Shown here: one piece after another, positions 26,719 to 34,991 of the stretch
Position numbering within the stretch: position 1 is the stretch's first letter
Layout of the letters: each line of letters begins with the position of its first letter
DNA from: an uncultured Poribacteria bacterium
GTDB lineage: Bacteria; Poribacteria; WGA-4E; WGA-3G
NCBI GenBank assembly: GCA_958296135.2
Contig: CATQHZ020000001.1
Coordinates: 1,504,001-1,568,000, forward strand
Length of the DNA: 64,000 bases
Direction: 5' to 3'
Notes under the pieces: generated by a model
Told to the model about the DNA's origin: nothing
Databases searched by the model: none
What the model saw: only the letters and a program-made list of their open reading frames with translations
Translations under genes and position numbers: made by a program

Positions 26719-28153
26719 AATTTCGGTTAGAAATTTTGGCCCGATAGTTGAAGGCACGGTGGATTTGCGTCCGCTGATGGTATTTGTCGGTCCGAGCAAT
26801 ACTGGGAAAACCTATTTTGCGACGCTTCTCTATGCGTTGCACGGCGTTTCTAGCGGTTTCTCGCGCTTCTTGTTGCCGAGAGCACTCGGGGGTCTGATTG
26901 AGAAATTCGGCGGACGTTCTCGTACCGCGCTTTCGGCTGCTTTCGCAGCGTCGTCACTGGAAGAAACTCGCCGTATCGTCAACAAATTGATGGAGAGCGG
27001 CCGGCCTTTCACCTTCAGGGATCTGCCACAAGCTACGCGTGAGTTAGTGCAGGAGAGTTTCAAGCAATCGGAACTTTTTGGGCAGGAGTTGGCGGCAGAG
27101 CTCATCCGTTGTTTTGACATCAAAGCCGTTTCGGAGATGATTCCGTTAACCGAAGAAAATGAGATGGCGGTAGGGTTGAGAGTCAGTGAGGAAATGCAAG
27201 AACTCTGGCAGTTCAAGATGCGGGCGACGGATTCGGATATCAACACGGAGAGCGCGTTCAACGAGGATATGGTTATCCTCTCCAAGGAGAATTGGCGCGG
27301 GAAGAAGAGTCTCAGCCATGACGAGCTCTCAGTCCTTTTTCCAGAATTTTTCCATGGGCTGAAGGGTGCAGCACGCCAGCGTTACTATTTGCCGGCTGCT
27401 CGGAGCGGCATTATTCAGAGTCACCGTATCATTGCAAGTTCGCTTGTTGAGCGGGCGGCGCGTGTGGGTTTGGCCCCCTTGGAGGTTCCAACGTTTTCAG
27501 GCGTGATAGCAGATTTCATGAAAAACCTCATCCTCTACGATGAATCTGATGAGCCTGATGAGCGGATAACTTCCCTTGCTGATGCCTTGGAGTCAGAAGT
27601 TCTTGCCGGACAGATATTCATGAAGCCCGGGCGCGGAGGATATCCGGAGTTTTTCTATCGGACAAAAAAACTGAAAGAGGCGGTTCGTTTGACTCGGGTT
27701 TCGTCAATGGTATCTGAACTTGCGCCATTAGTGTTACTGCTCCGCGGCGGCATCGGTCCAGGGGATACGCTCATCATTGAGGAACCGGAGGCTCACTTGC
27801 ATCCGGGGGCTCAGTCAGAAATGGCGGTAACTTTAGCGCGCTTAGTCCGCGCGGGGGTGCGTGTGGTGCTCACGACGCACAGCGACTGGTTGCTCAAAGA
27901 GATTGCGAACCTGATTCGGCTGGGTGAACTCAAGCAGAAAGGCGGATGCTGGGAGGATGGGGACATCCGGACGAATTGGCTGTTACCGGAGGAAGTTGGA
28001 GCGTGGTGGTTTCATGAGGGAGACGCGGTAAAGCCTATTCCGTTCAACCGCGGTGTCGGCGTGGAACCGTCGGATTATGAAGACGTAGCTGATAAACTCT
28101 ATAACAGGTCCGTTCATCTCCAAGACCGGCTTGAGGAAATTGATAGGAGGTAG
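26672..28153 (+). CDS. ABC-type AAA ATPase (AAA_15/AAA_21-like)
   Basis: NFGPI, GPSNTGKT, SSMVSELAP, IIEEPEAHLHP, TTHSD. Confidence 0.8.
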   Translation: MSMREIKQCHTPPNVEISVRNFGPIVEGTVDLRPLMVFVGPSNTGKTYFATLLYALHGVSSGFSRFLLPRALGGLIEKFGGRSRTALSAAFAASSLEETRRIVNKLMESGRPFTFRDLPQATRELVQESFKQSELFGQELAAELIRCFDIKAVSEMIPLTEENEMAVGLRVSEEMQELWQFKMRATDSDINTESAFNEDMVILSKENWRGKKSLSHDELSVLFPEFFHGLKGAARQRYYLPAARSGIIQSHRIIASSLVERAARVGLAPLEVPTFSGVIADFMKNLILYDESDEPDERITSLADALESEVLAGQIFMKPGRGGYPEFFYRTKKLKEAVRLTRVSSMVSELAPLVLLLRGGIGPGDTLIIEEPEAHLHPGAQSEMAVTLARLVRAGVRVVLTTHSDWLLKEIANLIRLGELKQKGGCWEDGDIRTNWLLPEEVGAWWFHEGDAVKPIPFNRGVGVEPSDYEDVADKLYNRSVHLQDRLEEIDRR

Positions 28154-28159
28154 GAACAG

Positions 28160-28687
28160 GTGATATTGAGTGAAGTTCTTGGCGAAATTCGGAGGCAGGT
28201 AAGTGGGCAATGCCTTTGTCATTCGTGTAGTGGCGACGGATGCCGTGTCTACCTGACTGATGTCCCGCCCGAGCGGGTTATCGTCGATCTGGAATGTGAG
28301 TTTAGACAGCGCAAAACACACACGCGCCGATGTGATTATGTCTTGTTCTACGCCGACGTTGCACAAAGTAGTCTGGTTATCGTCCTGATTGAACTCAAGA
28401 GCGGCACTTTCAAAGCATCGATGGTGGCCAGCCAATTGCAAGGTGGGGCTGACTATGTTTCAGACATATTTGGACGTTTGAACGAAGAAGTCCGTTCGGC
28501 TCTCAGCGCGTTCAAAACTACCTGCGTTCCGATTCTGTTTCACGGCGGTGGAATGGATAGGGCGCAGCGCTACAAACTTGAACGTGCCAAAGTCCGCTTT
28601 CGGAACCAGAATGCAGCGATTAAGAAGAGTAAATGCGGACAAAGCAGGAATTTGGCAGCGGTTTTGTCCGATGCCGGTAATCTCTAA
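28160..28687 (+). CDS. Hypothetical protein with putative PD-(D/E)xK nuclease motif
   Basis: RCDYV...LIELKSG...SQLQGG; starts 7 bp after the ATPase stop. Confidence 0.55.
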   Translation: MILSEVLGEIRRQVSGQCLCHSCSGDGCRVYLTDVPPERVIVDLECEFRQRKTHTRRCDYVLFYADVAQSSLVIVLIELKSGTFKASMVASQLQGGADYVSDIFGRLNEEVRSALSAFKTTCVPILFHGGGMDRAQRYKLERAKVRFRNQNAAIKKSKCGQSRNLAAVLSDAGNL

Positions 28688-28704
28688 TCTGCTGAAGGTT
28701 TGGC

Positions 28705-29808
28705 TCAGTTCCGATTCCGCGCTGCAACCTCCCACGTTTCCCGGCAATACCCATCTGTATCCACCACATAGTAAAATTGATGCAATGCCACCGAAGGGCA
28801 GATATGCGTCGGACAGACGTAGACTTCCTGTCCGATGCAAACGGAGTTCCCCGCTGGGACGTTAGCTGCCCAGTGTTCCTCATGCTGTTTGTCTACCTCA
28901 GCACTGGGCACGTTTAAGATGACACCGCGCACGCCGTCCGGGTCTGCAGCGATGGCTTTGTGCCCTAAATCTAGGGTAAAGCGGTTTTCGGTAGGAATGC
29001 TAATGACGCGGCTTAGCAACAACGCCGCGGGCGTAAACCCGAGGTCTGGGTAACGCGTAGCATAACCGGCATCGTGGAAGACGAACGTGCCGGGCGATGC
29101 CTCAACCCCCGGTGTCTTTGCATAAATGGGGAATGTGGGTGTGCCGCCCATAACGACTAAGGGCACGTTGAGGCCCTTGGCAGTGAGTCTATCCTGCATT
29201 TCTTCGACCTGGGCGAGACTGTGGTTGCAAGAGACGCGGCGTTCGGCGATGTCTTCATCGTGGATATGCCCATCGTAGACGTGCAATCCCCACGGTTCCA
29301 ATCCAGCAGCACGTTCGATCTGCGCGTATATCTCCACGGCGGCATCGCCAATGGAAATGCCGGTGCGATTCATTCCGACGTTCAGGTCGAGCATGACTTT
29401 GAGGGTTAACCCGTGCTTCGTCATCGCGGCAGAGAGGGCAGCGACGATGTCGGGATGGTCTGCCAGAATCTTGAAATCGGTATTCGGGAACGCTTGCTGT
29501 AGCGAAACGAGCCGAGCGATATTTGGGCCGACTAGTTGATACGCGATCAGAATATCCTCGACTCCCGCCTGCGCCAGCATTTCCGCTTCGCGCAAAGTGG
29601 AGCATTTGTGCTTGAGGATGCCTGCCTCGCGCGCCAGCGCGACAACCTCCACTGTCTTATGCGTCTTGACGTGCGGCCGGAGTTTGGAGGTATCTCCTTC
29701 GACGAGCGCGATGGCGCGTGCAATATTCTGCTTGACAATTGCTAAATAAACGACGAGCGAAGGGCTCGGTATCTCGTTAAGGTTGTGGATGCGATATTTT
29801 ATGTCCAT
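28705..29808 (-). CDS. D-threonine aldolase/D-serine dehydratase family PLP enzyme
   Basis: LRPHVKTHK, MNRTG, YDGH, GGTPT, DLGHKA, EEH, HICPSV. Confidence 0.85.
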   Translation of the reverse strand: MDIKYRIHNLNEIPSPSLVVYLAIVKQNIARAIALVEGDTSKLRPHVKTHKTVEVVALAREAGILKHKCSTLREAEMLAQAGVEDILIAYQLVGPNIARLVSLQQAFPNTDFKILADHPDIVAALSAAMTKHGLTLKVMLDLNVGMNRTGISIGDAAVEIYAQIERAAGLEPWGLHVYDGHIHDEDIAERRVSCNHSLAQVEEMQDRLTAKGLNVPLVVMGGTPTFPIYAKTPGVEASPGTFVFHDAGYATRYPDLGFTPAALLLSRVISIPTENRFTLDLGHKAIAADPDGVRGVILNVPSAEVDKQHEEHWAANVPAGNSVCIGQEVYVCPTHICPSVALHQFYYVVDTDGYCRETWEVAARNRN

Positions 29809-29811
29809 TTT

Positions 29812-30366
29812 TTACCTACCATTAAACCGATTCATTGCGGTGAGAATTCCGTCACTGACGAAGGTTTCAATCGCTTCAACGGCGCGTTGGATGGCTTCTT
29901 CTATCGCCGGTTCCTCTGCTTCTGAAAATTCGCTGAGGACATAATCTACCTGCGCGCCGGTGGGTTCTCCAACCCCGATGCGTAAGCGCGGAAACTCATT
30001 TGTGTGCAGGCTGCCGATGATAGACTTCATGCCGTTATGGCCGCCGTCGCTTCCCTTCCGGCGCATCCGAATTGTGCCGACATCCAAGTGAATATCGTCA
30101 TAGACGACACAGAGTTCCGTGGGCGGCACTGCCAGTTGATTCACTAGTGCTGCGATGGCTCTGCCGCTGTTGTTCATATAGGTAAGCGGCTTTGCAAGGA
30201 CAATGGGTGTTTCGTGAAGCGTTGTCTCCATGACGAGAGAGTTGTAGCGCGGTACGATTTTGTTACGTCCCCGCTCCATCAGGGTGTCAAGCACGCGAAA
30301 ACCGACGTTATGTCTCGTGTTTGCGTAGCGCGGCCCGGGGTTTCCCAACCCGATGATGAGTTTCAC
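29812..30366 (-). CDS. pth: Peptidyl-tRNA hydrolase
   Basis: GLGNPG, TRHNVGF, KPLTYMNNSG, GGHNGMKS. Confidence 0.95.
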   Translation of the reverse strand: MKLIIGLGNPGPRYANTRHNVGFRVLDTLMERGRNKIVPRYNSLVMETTLHETPIVLAKPLTYMNNSGRAIAALVNQLAVPPTELCVVYDDIHLDVGTIRMRRKGSDGGHNGMKSIIGSLHTNEFPRLRIGVGEPTGAQVDYVLSEFSEAEEPAIEEAIQRAVEAIETFVSDGILTAMNRFNGR

Positions 30367-30469
30367 AGGTTTGTTTCTCCATCAGGACTCATACCAAATT
30401 AACTACTGTAGTTTGGGCTCGCAACCCTCCGATGTTAGTGACATAAGAAGTTGCGTCAGGTTATCCGTG

Positions 30470-31030
30470 TTAAAACCGCAAGGGTTGCGAAAGATTCAGG
30501 TGCCCGGCAAGTGTCTCAACTTCGTTACCATCAATGAGAAACTGCACCTGTTTGATTTTATCTGGGAATGCGTCAAAGACAGTTTTCAGGATAGCCGCCA
30601 CGGTCAGAAATTCTGCTTGGGTTCCGCCGATGTGTCCGTCGGTGAGGTGTCGTGAAAAATCCAAATAAGCGGTGCCTTGGCTATCGACATAGACTTCGTG
30701 AAGTTGGGTTCCGCCTGGGATGGGGTTTCTGAAGTTGGGTGGTTTCGCCTGAATGAGTGCTGTGACTATCTGTTTGAGGCGTTTGGTTCTTTCTGCGTAG
30801 AGTCGCCGGTCGGTTTTCACGGGGACGAGTTTGAGCGTTGTGGGTTGTAAAAGAAAGAGGTTGACATTTTGAGGCGGCGGCGTATCAGTTGGGTTTGCCG
30901 CTGCTGGCAATGGGGGTGGCGGCAGCGGAATTGCTGTCAGCTTTGACTGGGAAATCAGGTATAGCGTTGCGGCGAGTCCAATTGCGATGCCGGCTAAGGT
31001 GATGCCCCATACTAGCAAGAGTCTTTTCAT
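30470..31030 (-). CDS. GerMN-domain membrane-anchored protein
   Basis: N-terminal TM helix, AYLDFS, VQFLIDGNEVETLAGH. Confidence 0.8.
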   Translation of the reverse strand: MKRLLLVWGITLAGIAIGLAATLYLISQSKLTAIPLPPPPLPAAANPTDTPPPQNVNLFLLQPTTLKLVPVKTDRRLYAERTKRLKQIVTALIQAKPPNFRNPIPGGTQLHEVYVDSQGTAYLDFSRHLTDGHIGGTQAEFLTVAAILKTVFDAFPDKIKQVQFLIDGNEVETLAGHLNLSQPLRF

Positions 31031-31061
31031 TGGTTTTACCTCTATCCTTTTTCTTGTGCAG

Positions 31062-31186
31062 GCGAGGGACAGTGGACATCTCTGCAGCGGGATTGCAGAG
31101 ATGACAACGTTGAAGGTAGCGTGCTAACGCGGGGCGACACACGCACATTTTCTGTAGGCGTGACCGTAACGGCCCTCGCCCTACGG
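31062..31186. repeat. About 125-bp dispersed REPIN-like element
   Basis: Homologous to 56281-56409 (ggacagtggacatctctgcag...gcgacacacgcac.ttttctgtaggcgtgaccgt). Confidence 0.8.
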
Positions 31187-31273
31187 TAAAGGCTGCTGAG
31201 AGATGCACGGCGAGGGCCAAAAACGAAGGAAAGTCCCTCGCCCTACGGTAAAGGGCAAATTTGAAATCAACGA

Positions 31274-32386
31274 TTACTGGCTAACGGAAGCGCGGTATGT
31301 CTGGATAGCACGGGCGATTGCCTGCGCTATGCTTGTAATATGCTCTCGGTTGGCGAGTCTGCCTGAATCTTCCGCATGAGAGAGGTATCCGAGTTCCACC
31401 AGCACGGCCGGCATATAGGCCTTTGACAATGCCACAAGCGGTAATTCGGTGATGACTACCGGGGTTTCTGTCAAGAAATTGAGTTCCTTCTGCAGCACTG
31501 CGGCAAATTCTTGGCTCTGTTTCAGAAAATTGGCTTGGGATAAAATCTTTAATCGGTTTCCAGTCAGCGTTGAATTCGCAGCGGTTGGGAAACGGAGTTG
31601 CCCTTTGGGGTTATTGAGGTAAATCCGAATGCCTTTTTCCTGCGGTGAAAAGGAGGCGTTGCAGTGTAAACTGAGCAAGAGTTTGCCCTGATTTCGGTTT
31701 GCAATCCGAAGACGCTCAAGCTGCGTTTTTTTCACATCCGTTTCACGGGTAAGGTGCACCTGATATCCGTGCTGTCTGCTGATGATTTGGACTTGTCTCG
31801 CCAGCGCGAGGACGACATCTTTCTCAAGAAGCCCGGTGCTGCTTTCACATCCCCGGTCGGTTGGGCCGCCGTGCCCCGGGTCGATGATGACTGTCCATTC
31901 TGGCGCGGTTCCTGCCTCGGAAGGTTCCCAGACAGTTTTCGGCATGAGCCGGATGCGCTGTAAACTGGGATTGTAAAGCACCTCGATGTCGTCTAGAACA
32001 GGTAGCACCTCGGTGAAAAAAGCGATGGGCAGCATCGGTTTCCCTTGGATAACCCGTGGCGGCGTTGAGAGTTCAATCGTCCGTTTGCCGGCATCGATGC
32101 TGACGGTAGCTGTGCCCATTTCCAATCGGAGGGTTTTCCCCTTTGTTTTCAGGGTGAGCCGTTTTCTGGGCAGATTGTATTGCTGCGTCATCGCCGCATC
32201 AAATACCGTTTTCACCGCGTCGACAGGTAAGTAAATCCGTTCGGATTGAAGGACGGTTGGCACGTCAGCGAGCGTCTTTCCCGCCGCGTCAATGAAGCGC
32301 ACGGAGGGGGTTTGCGCGACACTGCTGAGTGCCATCAGCGTCCACAGGAGGATTCCTGCGAGAACGCTTGAACTATTCACCGGCAT
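31274..32386 (-). CDS. N-acetylmuramoyl-L-alanine amidase (Amidase_3) with N-terminal stalk domain
   Basis: IIDPGHGG, LLEKD, LSLHCNA, MPAVLVELGYLS. Confidence 0.85.
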   Translation of the reverse strand: MPVNSSSVLAGILLWTLMALSSVAQTPSVRFIDAAGKTLADVPTVLQSERIYLPVDAVKTVFDAAMTQQYNLPRKRLTLKTKGKTLRLEMGTATVSIDAGKRTIELSTPPRVIQGKPMLPIAFFTEVLPVLDDIEVLYNPSLQRIRLMPKTVWEPSEAGTAPEWTVIIDPGHGGPTDRGCESSTGLLEKDVVLALARQVQIISRQHGYQVHLTRETDVKKTQLERLRIANRNQGKLLLSLHCNASFSPQEKGIRIYLNNPKGQLRFPTAANSTLTGNRLKILSQANFLKQSQEFAAVLQKELNFLTETPVVITELPLVALSKAYMPAVLVELGYLSHAEDSGRLANREHITSIAQAIARAIQTYRASVSQ

Positions 32387-33050
32387 CGCGCTTCTTGGAA
32401 ATAACCTCAGGTTCAGCGGGCGCATCGGTGGTTTCTTCCCCTTCACTTTCGCCTTCCCCTTCTCCCTCTTCGCTCTCTGTCGTCTCAGTTTGGATGCGCG
32501 GCTGGCTCACTGTGACAACTATTCGCTGCAGGTCATCCAATATCTCAACTTCCTCGGCGAAGGAGAAGTCGCTTACATGGAAAGTGTCGCCGATTTCCAT
32601 CGCGCTGACATCTACGAACACCTCGTTGGGCATCTGTGCTGGAAGGCAGTGAAGGGCTATGTTACGGAGCGGGAGTTCAAGCACGCCGCCCTGCTGCACG
32701 CCAGGTGCGGAACCTGTCAAAACAACCGGCACAGCTGAAGTGACTGGTTCATCTAACGAGATTCTGATGAAATCCGCATGCACCAGAACCTGTTTTTCCA
32801 CCGAATCGCGTTGAATCTCTTTGATAATTACCGTTTCGGCATCACCCCCGGTGCCTTCCATATTAATGATGACGTTCTCGCCATAGGTACGGAGGAACTG
32901 TTTAAAGTCGCGCGCGTTGATTTGAATCGGCACGGTGCCCTGCCCGCGGCCATATAAGACTGCTGGGAAATCGCCTGCCCGACGCATCGCACGCGCGCGC
33001 TGCTTCCCGAAAGTGTTGCGTGGTTGAACCTCTAATTTCGCTTGTTGCAT
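32373..33050 (-). CDS. rplY: 50S ribosomal protein L25 (Ctc form)
   Basis: PAVLYG, KEIQRD, HADF, GVQQGG; acidic tail. Confidence 0.93.
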   Translation of the reverse strand: MQQAKLEVQPRNTFGKQRARAMRRAGDFPAVLYGRGQGTVPIQINARDFKQFLRTYGENVIINMEGTGGDAETVIIKEIQRDSVEKQVLVHADFIRISLDEPVTSAVPVVLTGSAPGVQQGGVLELPLRNIALHCLPAQMPNEVFVDVSAMEIGDTFHVSDFSFAEEVEILDDLQRIVVTVSQPRIQTETTESEEGEGEGESEGEETTDAPAEPEVISKKRDAGE

Positions 33051-33054
33051 TTTT

Positions 33055-33139
33055 ATACCAAATTCGTTTGAATCGTCTCGTTTCTGTCGGGTTTCCTGCG
33101 AAGCAGGGCGAGCCCGAACTACAGAGGTGAATTGCGTAT
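33055..33139. mobile_element. MITE/REPIN-like element with ATACCAAATT-type ends
   Basis: ATACCAAATT...AATTGCGTAT enclosing gagcccgaaCTAC; related copies at 46827-46876 (perfect TIR), 30391 and about 43155. Confidence 0.6.
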
Positions 33140-33162
33140 TATTCCCTCATAAGAAAAGAAAA

Positions 33163-33234
33163 CAGGGCGGGTAGGATTCGAACCTACGCATGCAGGTTCC
33201 AAAGACCTGTGCCTTACCGCTTGGCCACCGCCCT
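33163..33234 (-). tRNA. tRNA-Gln (TTG), CCA not encoded
   Basis: Acceptor stem AGGGCGG/CCGCCCT, anticodon arm CAGGT-CTTTGGA-ACCTG, T-loop GGTTCGAATCC; typical position after ispE. Confidence 0.95.
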
Positions 33235-33241
33235 TTAAGAA

Positions 33242-34141
33242 TCAATCAATAGACACTCCAACGGAACTTGTCGCTGTCGTTGTGCAGAAAGGGAGGTTGT
33301 TTTTAAAGAGCGATGCACTCCGCTGCGCCGCCGCAATGTCCTTCATCAGTCCGAACACCGTGGCCCCACTCCCCGACATCAACGCGCCGTGACACGCAGT
33401 CTGCGTAGCTAACTCGGTTTTGAGCGCGGCAATTTCGGGATACATGGAAAACGCTGGTGCCTCGAGAAGATTGTATAAATTCTTCCCGAGCCCGACAATA
33501 TCACCCTTTTTCACAACTGTCTCTATAATTATACTACATTTTTCCGCGTTTGTCAAGAAAAAATTCAAATTTTTGAAAATATTTGCAGTAGAAACTGCAA
33601 TGCCGGGGTTTAAAAGCAGGAGGGGGATGTCCGGGAGCGCGGGAAGCGGCGTTAGCACATCCCCGATGCCGCGCCCGAACGCCGCGCCGCCGTGCAAACA
33701 GAACGGCACATCTGCCCCTAACCGTGTCCCCATCCGCATTAATTCGTTTTGTGTGAAACCGAGGGCGAAAAGTTGATTGATTCCGTGGAGGACCGCGGCT
33801 GCATTCGCGCTCCCGCCAGCAAGCCCTGCCGCGACGGGGATACGTTTGTGGATGTCAATCACAACGCCGCCTATCCCGCCGATGGCATCGCTGAGGCACT
33901 GCGCCGCGCGATAGGCGAGATTGCGAGTATCATGCGGAACACCTGGGTGTTCGCAGCGGACTACTATCTCATTCGCATTGTGTTCTCTGATGATAACGTC
34001 GTCATGCAGTGCAACCGAATGGAAAATCGTCTCTAGTTCGTGGTAGCCATCGTCGCGCTTGCCAAGTACGTTGAGATAGAGGTTAATTTTGGCGTGGGCG
34101 TGAACCCGCAAGGTGCGTTTTTTCATCAGAGAATTTTCCAC
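33242..34141 (-). CDS. ispE: 4-diphosphocytidyl-2-C-methyl-D-erythritol kinase
   Basis: AKINLYL, DGYHEL, KRIPVAAGLAGGS, GADVPF, MSGSGATVF. Confidence 0.95.
   Translation of the reverse strand: MENSLMKKRTLRVHAHAKINLYLNVLGKRDDGYHELETIFHSVALHDDVIIREHNANEIVVRCEHPGVPHDTRNLAYRAAQCLSDAIGGIGGVVIDIHKRIPVAAGLAGGSANAAAVLHGINQLFALGFTQNELMRMGTRLGADVPFCLHGGAAFGRGIGDVLTPLPALPDIPLLLLNPGIAVSTANIFKNLNFFLTNAEKCSIIIETVVKKGDIVGLGKNLYNLLEAPAFSMYPEIAALKTELATQTACHGALMSGSGATVFGLMKDIAAAQRSASLFKNNLPFCTTTATSSVGVSID
33528..33556 (-). promoter_or_regulatory. Perfect consensus promoter inside ispE driving tRNA-Gln/rplY
   Basis: TTGACA-17 bp-TATAAT plus an AT-rich UP-like tract within the coding sequence. Confidence 0.75.
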
Positions 34142-34142
34142 G

Positions 34143-34988
34143 CTAGGGCGTAGTTAAAGGAATTATCTCAATATCCTCCGTCAAAAACGGTTCAAGGTTA
34201 AACTTGCTATTTGGAATCTCAACGTTCATTTCAACTTTGGCGATTTTCACCGTGACGCGAGTTTGTTCGAGGGGCCGTTCAATTTCAACGTTATGAGGCC
34301 GGAGGATTCCGTCTACCTCTCGGTAGTCAGCGAATGCGGCGCGTTGCTGGAGCGCGCCGTTTTTGTCATGGACGCGCCATTCTGTCACGCGCGGCTCCTC
34401 GTCTCGCACGAAGCCGGTGATAGTATCCACGTCTCCTTCTTGAACCCCCGGGCGCGTGATGACGAACTTTGCGCCGGAACTTTCAAGCGTGAGCGTATCG
34501 GTGCGTTTGTCAAGGAACGGGTTGGCGAAGATGGCACTCAGTACATCGGAGACGCGCAGATCTACGCCGAAAATTTCGCGCAAAGCACCGTCGGATAACT
34601 CGCCGACATAAGCCTTCTGTTCGTTGATGAGCGCGAGGAGGAATTGGTTCGCGTCTTGGTTTGCAATGGCGACACCTCGGGTCTCATTGAACGCGCCCAA
34701 TGCTTGGATATGGAGGAGTTCTCCGCCTGCAGCCGATTTCTTATACCATAACAATTCGCGGAGTTCCTCGCTGCGTTCGCCCTCTTCAATCGTCACCATC
34801 ATCTTGGTAATTTTGAGGGAGCCGGTCAGCGCGTATCGCGCCTGAAGCGTGTTCAGGATAAAGTCTAACTGTTCCGCGTCTGCCGGCGGCATCTGCACGT
34901 TGGAAGTTGTCCCGGCACATCCCGCGCTCACGGCGAGGAGGCAAAACAGCGCGAGAACGTGGTGCAGTCGGAAAGAAAATCGGTTCAT
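34143..34988 (-). CDS. Lipoprotein, LolA/LolB-like fold (DUF4292-like)
   Basis: Lipobox SAGC; occupies the lolB position upstream of ispE; DYREVDGILRPH. Confidence 0.6.
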   Translation of the reverse strand: MNRFSFRLHHVLALFCLLAVSAGCAGTTSNVQMPPADAEQLDFILNTLQARYALTGSLKITKMMVTIEEGERSEELRELLWYKKSAAGGELLHIQALGAFNETRGVAIANQDANQFLLALINEQKAYVGELSDGALREIFGVDLRVSDVLSAIFANPFLDKRTDTLTLESSGAKFVITRPGVQEGDVDTITGFVRDEEPRVTEWRVHDKNGALQQRAAFADYREVDGILRPHNVEIERPLEQTRVTVKIAKVEMNVEIPNSKFNLEPFLTEDIEIIPLTTP

Positions 34989-34991
34989 AAA

